A stretch of DNA of 64,000 nucleotides, taken from NCBI GenBank assembly GCA_964291215.2, contig OZ219790.1, positions 2,080,001-2,144,000 of the forward strand. Direction: 5' to 3'. Of this stretch, positions 11,509-22,674 are shown piece by piece. The stretch comes from Alphaproteobacteria bacterium (GTDB taxonomy: Bacteria > Pseudomonadota > Alphaproteobacteria > MPNO01 > UBA830). Position 1 is the first letter of the stretch, and the number at the start of each line of letters is the position of its first letter. A model generated the notes under the pieces. The model did no database searches and had not been told where the DNA came from. It saw only the letters and a list, made by a program, of their open reading frames with translations. The translations under genes were made by a program, and so were the position numbers.

Positions 11509-11928
11509 GTGGACACTATGCGGATGTGGGACGCAGCCGAGCATGCAGGCTCCGGGGTCGACGGTCGGGGGCGCCGCCTTCGCCGTCGATGGAGCGAGGC
11601 GCGGAAGCGCCTGATCGTTGCGGAGAGCTACCAGCCCGGGGTTTCGGTTTCGGTCGTGGCGCGCCGACATGACGTGAACGCGAACCTGGTCTTCAAGTGG
11701 CGGCGCCAGTATCGGGAGCTGGCGCGCGTGGTGGGCGGCTTCGTCCCGGTGGTTGTCTCTTCGACGGAAGGGGCGGAGCCGGCGAAGCTGCTGCCGGCGC
11801 CGGAGGCCGAACCGTCTGCCTCCGGACGGATCGAGATTGCGCTGGCGGACGGCTCGCGCGTGACGGTCGACCGGGATGTGGACGCGGCGGCGCTGTCGCG
11901 GGTTCTCGGGGTTCTGGAACGGCGATGA
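11509..11928 (+). CDS. tnpA: IS66 accessory protein TnpA (HTH)
   Basis: RRRWS..RK..IVAES..PG.SVS.VARRH.VNAN.VF.WR. Confidence 0.85.
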   Translation: MDTMRMWDAAEHAGSGVDGRGRRLRRRWSEARKRLIVAESYQPGVSVSVVARRHDVNANLVFKWRRQYRELARVVGGFVPVVVSSTEGAEPAKLLPAPEAEPSASGRIEIALADGSRVTVDRDVDAAALSRVLGVLERR

Positions 11929-12242
11929 TCCCGGTTCCGAGCGGGGCGCGGGTCTGGCTTGCGACGGGCGTGACGGACATGCGTCGCGGGATGAACACGC
12001 TGGCGCTGCAGGTCCAGCAAGGTCTCGGCCGCGATCCGCATGCGGGCGATCTCGTGAAGATCCTCTGGACTGACGGGATCGGGACCTCGCTCTACGCCAA
12101 GCGTCTGGAGCGTGGCCGGTTCCCCTGGCCGGCTGCTTCGGGCGAGGCGGTGTCGATCAGCGCGGCGCAGCTTGGCTATTTGCTGGAAGGGATCGACTGG
12201 CGGAACCCGGTCCGGACCTGGCGGCCGTCGCGGGCCGGCTGA
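11925..12242 (+). CDS. tnpB: IS66 accessory protein TnpB, apparently lacking about 10 internal residues
   Basis: [22 protein letters not shown]...[12 protein letters not shown]; the usual YVFRGRRGD segment is missing. Confidence 0.8.
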   Translation: MIPVPSGARVWLATGVTDMRRGMNTLALQVQQGLGRDPHAGDLVKILWTDGIGTSLYAKRLERGRFPWPAASGEAVSISAAQLGYLLEGIDWRNPVRTWRPSRAG

Positions 12243-12313
12243 CAGGCGGCAAATGGACTCATCCGACAGGATTGTCATGGCGGCGGGGCGGTTGTTATGA
12301 TTCGCTTCCGGGC

Positions 12314-13981
12314 ATGCCGGACGGATCGGACATCGACGCTCTGAAGGCGGCGCTGGCTGCGGCGGAAGTCAAGGCGACTGATGCCGAGGCGAAGGCGACC
12401 GAGGCCGAGGAGCGGGCCGCAGTTGCGGAGGCCGAGGCTTCCAACGCCGTGGCGAAGGTGTCGGACGCGGAGGCGCAGATCGCCTCCCTGAAGCTGATGA
12501 TCGAGAAGCTCCGTCACGCGCTCTTCGGCCAGCGATCGGAGCGCAAGCAGCGCCTTCTCGACCAGATGGAGCTCCAGCTCGATGAGCTTGAGGCGAGCGC
12601 CACCGAGGACGAGTTGGCGGCCGAACAGGCGGCTACCGGCACGACGCAGGTCAAGGCGTTCACCCGCCGCCGCCGGTCCGGGCGCAAGCCGTTCCCCGAA
12701 CACCTTCCCCGCGAACGGGTGGTTGTACCCCCACCGGCCGCCTGTGAGTGCTGCGGCTCGCAGAAGCTCTCGAAGATCGGCGAGGACATCACCGAGACGC
12801 TGGAGGTCATTCCGCGCCAGTGGAAGGTGATCCAGACGGTGCGCGAGAAGTTCACCTGCCGGGACTGCGAGAAGATCAGCCAGCCGCCGGCGCCGTTCCA
12901 CCCGACGCCGCGCGGCTGGGCGGGCCCCAACCTGTTGGCGATGATCCTGTTCGAGAAGTATGGGACGCACCAGCCTCTGAACCGCCAGCGCGACCGCTAT
13001 GCGCGCGAGGGCGTCGATCTCAGCCTGTCGACCCTGGCCGACCAGGTGGGCGCCTGCACCGTGGCGCTACGCCCGCTGCACGACCTGATCGCATCGCATG
13101 TGCTGGCGGCCGAGCGTCTGCATGGCGACGACACGCCGGTGCCGGTTCTGGCCAGGGGCAAGACCGACACCGGGCGGGCCTGGGTCTATGTCCGCGACGA
13201 CAGACCGTTCGGCGGTCCGGACCCGCCGGCGGCCCTGTTCCACTACTCGCGGAACCGCTCGGGCGATCACCCGCTCGAGCATTTGCGGAGCTACGCCGGC
13301 ATCCTGCAGGCCGACGCCTTTGCCGGATATAACCGGCTCTACGAGCCCGCCCGATCGCCGGGGCCCGTGACCGAAGCTGCCTGCTTCGCCCATGCGAGGC
13401 GCAAGTTCTACGAGCTCGCCGACATCGCGGCCGGCAAGAGGCGCGGCAGGAACGCGCCGCCGATCTCGCCGCTGGCGATGGAAGCCGTGAAGCGGATCGA
13501 TGCGCTGTTTGACATCGAGCGCGGGATCAACGGCGAGACCGCCGAGCGCCGCCTCGCGGTGCGCCGCGAGCAGAGCGCACCGCTCCTCGCCGACCTCGAG
13601 GACTGGATGCGCACCGAGCGTGCCGGGCTGTCGCGCCATTCCCCCGTGGCCAGGGCCATGGACTATATGCTGAAGCGCTGGGACGGCTTCGCCCGCTTCC
13701 TCGATGACGGACGTATCTGCCTGTCAAACAACGCCGCGGAGCGCGCAATCAGGCCGCTGGCCCTGGGCAGACGCTCCTGGCTGTTCGCCGGCTCCGACCG
13801 CGGCGGCTTGCGCGCGGCCGCCATGTACACCCTGATCGGCACCGCCAAGCTCAACGATGTCGATCCCCAGGCCTGGCTCGCCGACGTGCTCGCCCGCATC
13901 GCCGGGACGCCGCAGAGCCGCCTCCACGAACTCCTGCCATGGAAATGGCAGGAACAACGCCGGCACGATCAGGCCGCATAG
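12314..13981 (+). CDS. tnpC: IS66 transposase TnpC
   Basis: FGQRSE, Zn-finger cysteines, HGDDTPV, QADAFAGY, CFAHARRKF, SNNAAER, ELLPW. Confidence 0.92.
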   Translation: MPDGSDIDALKAALAAAEVKATDAEAKATEAEERAAVAEAEASNAVAKVSDAEAQIASLKLMIEKLRHALFGQRSERKQRLLDQMELQLDELEASATEDELAAEQAATGTTQVKAFTRRRRSGRKPFPEHLPRERVVVPPPAACECCGSQKLSKIGEDITETLEVIPRQWKVIQTVREKFTCRDCEKISQPPAPFHPTPRGWAGPNLLAMILFEKYGTHQPLNRQRDRYAREGVDLSLSTLADQVGACTVALRPLHDLIASHVLAAERLHGDDTPVPVLARGKTDTGRAWVYVRDDRPFGGPDPPAALFHYSRNRSGDHPLEHLRSYAGILQADAFAGYNRLYEPARSPGPVTEAACFAHARRKFYELADIAAGKRRGRNAPPISPLAMEAVKRIDALFDIERGINGETAERRLAVRREQSAPLLADLEDWMRTERAGLSRHSPVARAMDYMLKRWDGFARFLDDGRICLSNNAAERAIRPLALGRRSWLFAGSDRGGLRAAAMYTLIGTAKLNDVDPQAWLADVLARIAGTPQSRLHELLPWKWQEQRRHDQAA

Positions 13982-14330
13982 CTCGCAACTGCCGCTTCGC
14001 GCTTCATCAACGGCATAACCGCCCCGGGTTCACAGCAACACACCCTGCGGCCCTTGCCGGATGCATACCAAACAAAACCCTCGTCGCACAGAGGATGAAG
14101 CGCTCCGGCATGCGATGGCGCATCGCCGGCGGCCAGGCCGTACTCACCGTACGCGCCCTCATCAAATCCGGACGCTTCGACCGCGCATGGGAAACTCTCA
14201 TGAGCGATGCCGATACCCCGGCCAACGACAACAGCTGTCCCGGCTACGCCCCCAAGCGCGCCGCATAAACCCGATCAGCCCAGCGATCCCGGCGTCGCCA
14301 TGCCAGACTCACGCCCATTCCTGTCGCACC

Positions 14331-14628
14331 TGAATTTCCTAAGTCGGTCGTCGAACTGGAGCAACTCGCCAGTTGCGTTCGGCACTTTCTTCTTGGTCGA
14401 GGGATCCATCATTCCTGATTCCACACCAAGACCCCCCTCTTTGATACGGGTAATCAGGGCATCAACAATCATGATGACCCCGATCATTTTCAGGGGGCCT
14501 GGTTCGCATCTGCGAACCTGCGACATCAACTCCGAGAAGTTTGCCCTCGGATAGATGCGATCAATACGTCCGTCCTCTCCCGTCTCGGGGAAGTCCAGAA
14601 ATGCACCTACAGTCTGCTCTTGCTGCAC
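14331..14628 (-). CDS. Hypothetical protein in low-GC DNA, probably truncated by the ISKra4 end
   Basis: ORF directly downstream of the putative REase, same strand and similar base composition; no recognisable motif. Confidence 0.3.
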
Positions 14629-14659
14629 AGAGCTCTCCTTAGTGAATGCCGGTTTATAT

Positions 14660-15226
14660 TCAATTCAATGGGGTTTGTCCAGTTAATTGAACGATCATCT
14701 TCACTGCATCGGATAATGATCCTCCCCAATCGGTTAGCCAGTCGGGAATTGCCTCGGGCGAGACATGCAGCCATGCCGTATCGCTGCCAGACCTCCCACC
14801 GTGCTGTGATGAGATAATCCCCGCCGACCATTGTCGTAAAATCAACTCCTTCGGCAGTACCCAACAATGAGCGTCGAATGGACTAAGGCCCAAGCATACC
14901 GCAAATTCATAGTCTTGATCACGCAATTGCTGAAATCTATACGATCCACCCTTCCACAAGGTGCTCATCTTTATTTCAGCTCGCCGTCCCGCAATGATTC
15001 TGTCGGCGTGGGCGTCCGGAGACCGGGTCACGTCAAACCCTTTGGTAGTAAGAAACCCTGAGACCAATTTTTCTCCGATGGAGCCAACTTGTCTTGACGG
15101 CCTAGTCTTTATCCATGCAAAGGGGCTACCGACCCACGAAGCGTCATCGGCACTTTGATAGTCATTTTGGAGGGTCCTGGAATAGGAGGCCAGTATCTCC
15201 ACTTCCGGGTCTTGGATTCGAGCCAT
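14660..15226 (-). CDS. Putative Type II restriction endonuclease (PD-(D/E)xK)
   Basis: GSIGEKL...ADRII...AEIK catalytic-like pattern; overlaps the upstream MTase; lower GC than the surroundings. Confidence 0.65.
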   Translation of the reverse strand: MARIQDPEVEILASYSRTLQNDYQSADDASWVGSPFAWIKTRPSRQVGSIGEKLVSGFLTTKGFDVTRSPDAHADRIIAGRRAEIKMSTLWKGGSYRFQQLRDQDYEFAVCLGLSPFDAHCWVLPKELILRQWSAGIISSQHGGRSGSDTAWLHVSPEAIPDWLTDWGGSLSDAVKMIVQLTGQTPLN

Positions 15227-16100
15227 TCTGGTCGGTCTCCAGCTGCGGGGCGGCGACGAGATACCCCTCTTGGTAGAAGCGCGGGCCGGCGGAGGCGAGG
15301 CGGCGGGCCATCACGTTCACGGCTTCGGGGCTAATGTCGATAAGAACGGCTTGACGGCCTTTGCGGACCGCCGCCTCGCCGGTCGTGCCGCTGCCGGCGA
15401 AGAAATCCAGCACCCGGTCGCCCCGATTGGAATGCACGCTGACGATGCGATTGAGGATCGCGATCGGCTTCTGGGTCGGGTAGCCGGTCTTTTCCCTACC
15501 GTTGGGACTCACGATCGTTTGCCACCACACATCGGTGGGCGTCTTGCCGCGCGCCGCCTTCTCGGGTCCCACAAGGCCCGGCGCCATGTAGGGGATGCGG
15601 TCGATGTCATCATAGTGGTAGGTGTAGTTTTCCGGGTCTTTCGCATACCAGAGGATGTTGTCGTGCTTTGTGGACCAACGCCGTTTCGACCGTGCGCCGT
15701 AGTCGTAGGCCCAGACGATCTCATTGAGGAACGATTCGCGCCCGAAGATTTCGTCCAGCAGCACCTTGCAGTAATGCGATTCCCGGTAGTCGATATGCAG
15801 GAAGAAGGAGCCGTGGGGCGCGAGCAGCCGGTGCGCCTCTCTGAGTCGAGGTTCTATGAAGCCCATGTAGTCGTCGAAGACATCGTTCCAGGAGGAGGCG
15901 CCGAGGCGGACCGTGCGGTAGCGCTTGCCCTGGAAGCCCGTCCGGTCGCCCTCGTCGTCGCGGACCGTGCGGAGCCGCGTGCGCGCCTGTGCCTTACCGG
16001 TGTTGAAAGGCGGATCGATATAGATGAGGTCGAAACTGCCGTCCCCGAAGCGGGAGAGCACTTCCAGATTGTCGCCCAGATGGATTTCGAGTTTAGCCAT
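15162..16100 (-). CDS. Site-specific N4/N6 DNA methyltransferase, beta class
   Basis: Motif IV YIDPPF precedes YPTQKP and motif I LDFFAGSGTT. Confidence 0.92.
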   Translation of the reverse strand: MAKLEIHLGDNLEVLSRFGDGSFDLIYIDPPFNTGKAQARTRLRTVRDDEGDRTGFQGKRYRTVRLGASSWNDVFDDYMGFIEPRLREAHRLLAPHGSFFLHIDYRESHYCKVLLDEIFGRESFLNEIVWAYDYGARSKRRWSTKHDNILWYAKDPENYTYHYDDIDRIPYMAPGLVGPEKAARGKTPTDVWWQTIVSPNGREKTGYPTQKPIAILNRIVSVHSNRGDRVLDFFAGSGTTGEAAVRKGRQAVLIDISPEAVNVMARRLASAGPRFYQEGYLVAAPQLETDQNGSNPRPGSGDTGLLFQDPPK

Positions 16101-16938
16101 TGGATACTCTAGTGCTCAGCTCGTTACCGCCCCAAAAAGGTTACCATGTCGCTACCAGACGACAATCATCTCGTGGCCATTATGCCGGCGGCCATAATTT
16201 TGGGGGCTATATGCGAAAATGCCCATTTCCGGATCATAACAGGTCCGTCTTCTTGAGGTAACCCCAGTCGTCTTCCCCTGATCGGCGATCTGCGTCGGGT
16301 GTGATCCTGACGCGCCGAAGGGCGTTCCAATCGCGCTTCCTGACCGCTCACCCCGTCGGGCGCTGCAAGCTGTTGTGCCATCGGCATTCAGCCCGAGCGG
16401 CGGTTGAGCGGCAGCACCCGCCGCGCACTTGCGGAGACAGTCCTGCGAACCGCCGCGCGGCTTCCGAGCGGCACTATAGGAAGCACGAGGGAGCGATACA
16501 ATGCGCGAAGTCCCGTTCATCGGCAGCGTCATTCGCTCGGCCCGTATCATCGGCGGCGGTGCGGGCCCGACCGGTCCGGCCGATATACAATCGCGGTTAC
16601 ATGGCTGCCTGTAGCGGCGAACCGCGTCGTGCGCATGTCGCCGCATGGTCGCTTCAATGCGGTGGGCATGACGATGCAGGCTGGAGCGCAGATTCGACGG
16701 CGGCCCGCGTGAACTGTCGGGCGGCCAGCAATCAAGGCGGGGACCTACCGCATCCGGCAGGTGCATTATGTCGATCGCGTGAGCGATGTTTCATTGTCGG
16801 GATGGTTGCATGTCGCTCCGTCGTCGGCGACAACAGACGCATGGCAGAAACAAACAAGAAACTGCCGGCAGCGGAAGCATGCTTCACGGACGGTCGGCGC
16901 TGCCGGCCCCTGTCCATATCCTTGCGGCGCCCGACGCC

Positions 16939-19780
16939 ATGACGCCGGACGCGTTCATCGCCAAGTGGCGGGCGTCGGAATTGAAGGAACGCTCGGCGTC
17001 GCAGGAGCATTTCATCGACCTGTGCCGCCTGCTGGGTGAGCCGACGCCGGCGGAAGCCGACCCGGTGGGCGAACAGTACTGCTTCGAGCGCGGGGCGCGG
17101 AAGGACAGCGGCGGCGACGGCTGGGCCGATGTGTGGAAGCGCGGCTGCTTCGCCTGGGAGTACAAGGGCAAGCACGCCGACCTCGACGCGGCGTTCAACC
17201 AGCTTCGCCAGTACGCGCTTGCGCTGGATAACCCGCCGCTGCTGATCGTCTCGGACATGGCGCGGTTCCGCATCCGCACCAACTGGACCAACAGCGTGAG
17301 CGAGACGCACGAGTTCACGCTCGACGATCTGGCCGACGGCGCGACCCGCGACAAGCTCAAATGGGCGATGTCGGACCCGGAGCGGCTGCGGCCGGGTGAG
17401 ACGCGACAGGCGGTGACGGAACGCGCGGCGGCGACCTTCGCGGCGCTTGCGCAGGGCTTGCGCGAGCGGGGCCACGTTCCGCAGGCGGTGGCGCATTTCG
17501 TGAACCGGCTCGTGTTCTGCATGTTCGCGGAGGATGTGGACCTGCTGCCGGGCAGCATGTTCACCCGGATGCTGGAACAGGCGCGGAGGCAGCCCGACGA
17601 ATTTGCCGAATTGGCGGGCGATCTGTTCAGCGCAATGTCCACAGGTGGCCGGATCGGCTTTGAATCGGTGGCCTGGTTCAACGGCGGTTTGTTCGACGAC
17701 GACGCGGCGTTGCCCCTCGACCGCGCGGGGATCGAGACGGCGCTCAAGGCCGCGGCGCTCGACTGGTCGGAGATCGACCCGTCGATTCTCGGCACGCTGT
17801 TCGAACGCGGCCTCGACCCGGACAAGCGCTCGCAACTCGGGGCGCACTACACCGACCGCGACAAGATCATGCGCATCGTCGAGCCGGTAATCGTCCGACC
17901 GCTGCTTGCGGAGTGGGACACGGCGAAGGCCGGGATTGCAGCCCTGATCGAGCGCGCGGACGCAGCCCGGTCGCCAGCGGCCCGGACACGGCTGCGGCGC
18001 CGGGCGGACGAGGCGTTGCGCGGTTTCCTCGAACGGCTGCGGGCGTTCATCGTGCTCGACCCGGCCTGCGGATCGGGCAACTTCTTGTATCTCGCGCTGC
18101 ATGAGCTCAAGGACATTGAACACCGGGTCCAGCTTGAAGCGGAGGCGCTGGGCCTTGAGCGCCGGTTCCCGGCAGTCGGCCCGGCGAATGTGAAGGGGAT
18201 CGAGATCAACGCCTATGCGGCGGAGCTTGCCCGCGTGTCGGTGTGGATCGGCGAAATCCAGTGGATGCGGCGCAACGGCTTCGGCGCCTCAAAAGACCCG
18301 GTTCTCGATCCGCTCGACACCATCGAATGCCGCGACGCGATCCTCGCGCCGGACGGGAGCGAGCCGGACTGGCCGGAGGCCGAGGTCGTGGTCGGTAATC
18401 CGCCGTTTCTGGGCGATCGAGTCATGCGGGACGGCCTCGGCCACGAATACACGGAGCGTTTGCGCCGCAGATACCGGGGCAGGGTGCCGGCGTCGGGCGA
18501 TCTCGTCTGCTACTGGTTCCACAAGGCAGGCAGGCTGGTTGCGGAAGACAGGTTCGCCCGCGCCGGCCTTGTCGCCACGAATTCGATCCGGGGCGGGAAC
18601 AACCGGAAGGTCCTCGACCGAATTGCCAGTGAAGGTATTGTTTTCGACGCTTGGCCGGACGAGCCTTGGGTTATCGACGGGGCCGCCGTGCGGGTGTCGC
18701 TCGTTTGCTTCGGGGCGAAGGATGCGGACCTTCCGGTTTTCCTGAACGGTAAGAAAACGGCGCATATCCACGCCGACCTTACGGCAGATGGAATCGATCT
18801 GACGCGAGCTGCACGAGAACGGGGATACCGCATTTCTGGGCGTCAACAAGAACGGCGCATTCGACATTCCGGGCAGCTTGGCGCGGGAATGGCTGCGGCT
18901 CCCCTCCAACCCGAATGGACGCTTGAACGCCGATGTCTTGAAACCCCGAATCGTCGGCAGGGATGTGGTCCAGCGTTCCTCCGACCAATGGATAATCGAC
19001 TTCGGCTCTGCCATGACCGAAGCGGAAGCCGCACTTTACGAAGCGCCCTTCGCGCAGGTTGCCGAGCATGTGAAGCCGGTGCGGGCAAGTAACCAGGTCA
19101 AGGCGCTCAGGGACAATTGGTGGCAGCACTGGCGGCCTCGCCCGGCAATGCGGCGGGCCATTGGTGGTATGGCCCGCTATATCGCAACGCCGACATTGGC
19201 TAAGCATCGTCTGTTCGTATGGCTGGACGCAGGCGTTTGTCCCGACCACCAGCTTATCGTCATCGCACGCGACGACGATGTTACCTTCGGCATCCTGCAC
19301 AGCCGGTTTCACGAGGCTTGGTCCTTGCGGCTGGGGACGTGGCTCGGCAAGGGCAACGATCCGCGCTACACGCCGACCACCACCTTCGAGACCTTCCCCT
19401 TCCCGGGGGGCCTCTCGCCGGATATTCCCGCCGCCGACTACGCTGCCGACCCGCGCGCCGTCGCCATCGCCGAGGCCGCGCGGCGACTGGTGGAGTTGCG
19501 CGACCGCTGGCTCCACCCGCCGGAATGGGTGACGTGGGTGGACGAACCGGTGCCGGGCTATCCGAAACGCCCGGTTGCTCGCGACGAAGCGGCGGCAAAG
19601 CACCTCAAGACCCGCACGCTGACCAACCTCTACAACGCCCGCCCCCAATGGCTCGCCGACGCCCACGCCGAGCTCGACGCCGCCGTCGCGGAAGCGTATG
19701 GCTGGGATACGGATCTGAGTGAGGAGGAGGCGCTTGGAAAGTTGCTGGCGTTGAACTTGGCAGCCGAAGCCGAAGACTGA
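16939..19780 (+). pseudogene. MmeI-like Type IIL/IIG restriction-methyltransferase with one frameshift near 18815
   Basis: N-terminal nuclease ADVWKRGCFAWEYK, motif I VLDPACGSGNFL, motif IV GNPPF; C-terminal RYTPTTTFETFPFP and TLTNLYN..P.WL..AH..LD.AV..AYGW lie in the next frame. Confidence 0.88.
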
Positions 19781-20422
19781 TCCAAAGAAAGCGTTGCAGG
19801 CTATGAAACGACATTGTTGCCGAAATTGCCACTTCCTTGCTAAGCTCGACTTTGTGCATTACGCTGCGAAGCAGAGGGCGTACTGCATACGCATCATCTT
19901 GTTGGGCGGAATTATGTTTGGTTCCCGGTTTGGCGGGGAGCGCGATAAATTGTTTCCAAGCCAGAGTTGGCATCGTATGGCCGCGATTGCGTCGGAGAAT
20001 GTGACGCTGGTTTTCTGGTACCAGGCGGCGGCGTAGGACAGGTGGTTTGTCAAGAGCACGTCTGTGGCCCAGAGGCAGACGAGGCTGTAGAGCCCGCAGA
20101 GGACGGGGGTGGTTCGTGCGATCGCCGCGTGTGACTACTGGCGTTGTGTTTCGAGCCCGAGATGGGCGCGCAGTTCCTGGAAGGTGACCTCGACCTGCCA
20201 GCGCCGCACGAAGGTGGCGATGATCTTGGCCGGCTCCATGTTGGTGTCGGTGCAGAAGAACGCCTGCGGGTCTCGCTCGCCTTCCGGGTCTCGCACCAGC
20301 ACCTATCGGATGGCCTTGGGAGGTGTGCCGGGACGATACCAGAGCGCGGTATCGGAGATGATCTGGAGTGTCTTTTCCTTCGAACTTCCGTACCAGCGCG
20401 GAAGCGTGATGCTTGTCCAGCG

Positions 20423-21975
20423 GTATCTACTCACCCCTTGTTGGGTTCTGATTCATAGTGCTCGTTGATGATGTCTGCGGCTTTTCCGTCGAGGGCGATC
20501 TGGGTGGCGACGAGTGGGTTGTAGCCGAGTGCGGCCATGGAGGTGAGGTAGCTTGAGCTCCGGCACCATGCTTTTGCGTGGAGCGGAAGCATCCGGACAC
20601 CTTGACCTTTGCCATCCTGATCTTCTGTTCTCCGGCATTGTTGGTGAAGCTGACGTTGGGGTCGTCTGTGAAGCGCAGGTTTTCGTGTTTCACGAGACGT
20701 TCGTGCAGGTTGTGCGCGTCGGACTTGCGTCCACGTTTTCCTTTCGTCGGGATATCGGGCAGTTCCCTGGCGCCCTGATGGTGCGGTAGCGCTTGCGCAC
20801 GGCCCGGCGTCGTTCAGGGTTTTGGATGCGCTCTTGTTGACCTTGTGGCAGACCTCGCGGAGCAGGCTCTTCATCAGTCGCGCGGTAGCCTCGACGACAA
20901 AGGTCAGTTCGCGCAGCAGGTGGCTGCCGCACAGCTGGTGGCTACACTGGTCATAGCCCATGTACGAGGCCCAGGACGCCCTTGTAGCACGGGATGATGC
21001 CGATCTCTTGCCTCCCGGCCGCGCTTGCGGTGCGGGAACTTGCACGTCAGGGTCCCACGACATGGAGCCACTTGCTGTTGATCCGAAAGCCGGTCTCATC
21101 GACATTGGGCGTTGCAGGAGGTGCGCCACGGCGGCCTCCTCCCATGACGCATCGTGAAAGCATAGCCGAGGCCTCGGAGAGCTTGATGCCGGAGATCGCC
21201 TGCACGAACGCGACGGCACGGCGCAGGGACAGCATTTGGGCAACCAGCAGGTTGATGACGAGGGCCTGGATGCCGATGCCGTACTGCACGGTATGTTGTC
21301 GGGGAACCGGCCCTTGGTCCGGGCCTTGCACTTCGGGCATTCCTCGGCGTCGACGCGGCGCTCGACGACCTCGAACACGATGTCGTGCGGCGCTCCCGAT
21401 CGACGGGGTCGACGCCGCAGGCGTCGCAGGCCGCGACCGTTTCCTCGACGATGGTCTTGCGCAGGTTGTCGCCCATCTGCCGGTTCGGCTTCGGGCCCTT
21501 GCCGTTGCTTCCGGCACGCTCTCGTCCTTGTCCGTCTGTGACGGCGGCAGACCGGAGTTCCGGCTCGTTTTGCGCGTAGTCTTCTCCAGAAGGACGACGA
21601 TGAGGATGTCGAGCAGGATGACGAAGACGCGGATCACGGCCTCTTCCGCCACCTTGCCGGCAGCGCCGCGATCCGGGTCTTGGCCGCTTCGAACTCCTCG
21701 CGCGCCGCGTTGACCGTCGCCATCACCCGGCCTTGCGCTTCATCAGCGCGCCGCCTCCGAGATGCGTTTCCACATACAGATCATGCGGAGGCTGGAGCCC
21801 CGGAAGCAGCTGGCACAGCCCGCTCGTCGCCTTCGATCCAAAGTAGCCCACTGGCGGTCCCCGTCGTTCTCAATGACCACCACTAAGCGAATCGGCATGC
21901 AGTGTCAAATCTCCACGAAAACCCGTTCGTTACTCTACCCCGACATCAAGCCGGAACCAGGGGGTGAGCAGTTAC
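20423..21975 (-). mobile_element. IS66-family single-ORF (ISBst12-like) element, degraded
   Basis: TIRs GTATCTACTCACCCC and GTAACTGCTCACCCC; TSD GTCCAGCG at 20415-20422 and 21976-21983; NSGLPPS, VDETG, HQLCGSHLLREL, FTNNAGE motifs. Confidence 0.85.
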
Positions 21976-22674
21976 GTCCAGCGGGCATCGGGGTCGTCAA
22001 GGCGGGTCTGGAGCTTGGGCAGGGGCGGCCCCTTTTGCCGGGGTCGACCGCGTTTGTTCGGGTCGCGCGGCGGCGGGGCGCGAAGAGGTTGGCATCGAGC
22101 CTCAGCCTGCTGATGAGGGTTGCGCGCTGTCCGATGCGCCAGGCGAGTTCGTGGGTTCCGAAACTGCTGTCGGCGACGAAGACGATCGCGCGTTGCGGGA
22201 CCCAGCGAAGGATTTGAAGCATGCCCTGTCGCGCCCAGTCGGTGAGTTGCTTGTGACGCCGGCCTTGCCTGGCGGCGAAGCGTTCGGACGGGGCCAGGAT
22301 GGTCAGGAAGGGCAGGGCCCTGATGCCCGGCGACCAGGGCAGCGGGACAAGCAGCATGAAGCTGAGCCAGCGCAGCCCGCTGGTCTTGACGAAATGGCCA
22401 TGGCTGGAACGCACCGGGTCGCGATAGATGCCGCGCGCCTTGATACGCGCGCCCCAGCGGCGCTCAATGGTGTCATCGAGCCCGATGATGATCGGTCCCT
22501 GCCCGGCAAGCCGCGCCACCAGCACGAGCACGAGCCGGCGTGAAAGGTCACGCGGGTCCCAGCGGGCGCGATTGAGAACCTGATGGTAGGACGAGAATGT
22601 CTCGCACATCGCCCGCCCGGTCACCCGCAGGCAGGCCGACACGGTGTAAGCGGTGCGGCGGAGGCACCCGGCTT

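Larger units (their letters stand above)
11411..14068 (+). mobile_element. IS66-family element
   Basis: Ends GTAACCCTCCG and CGGATGCATAC; 8-bp TSD CAAACAAA at 11403-11410 and 14069-14076; three-gene layout. Confidence 0.92.
10219..14268 (+). pseudogene. ISKra4-family transposase, frameshifted and interrupted by IS66
   Basis: SLDGVMV, ADGA..NW, DFWHACEHL, IGSGVVEAANK|TLVAQRMKRSGMRW; resumes after 14068. Confidence 0.85.

Noticed and set aside
11925-12242. TnpB as an RNA-guided nuclease
   Set aside because: IS66 TnpB is unrelated to IS200/IS605 TnpB; no RuvC motifs
16150-16930. Several overlapping ORFs between the two methyltransferase genes
   Set aside because: No motifs or RBS support; treated as intergenic
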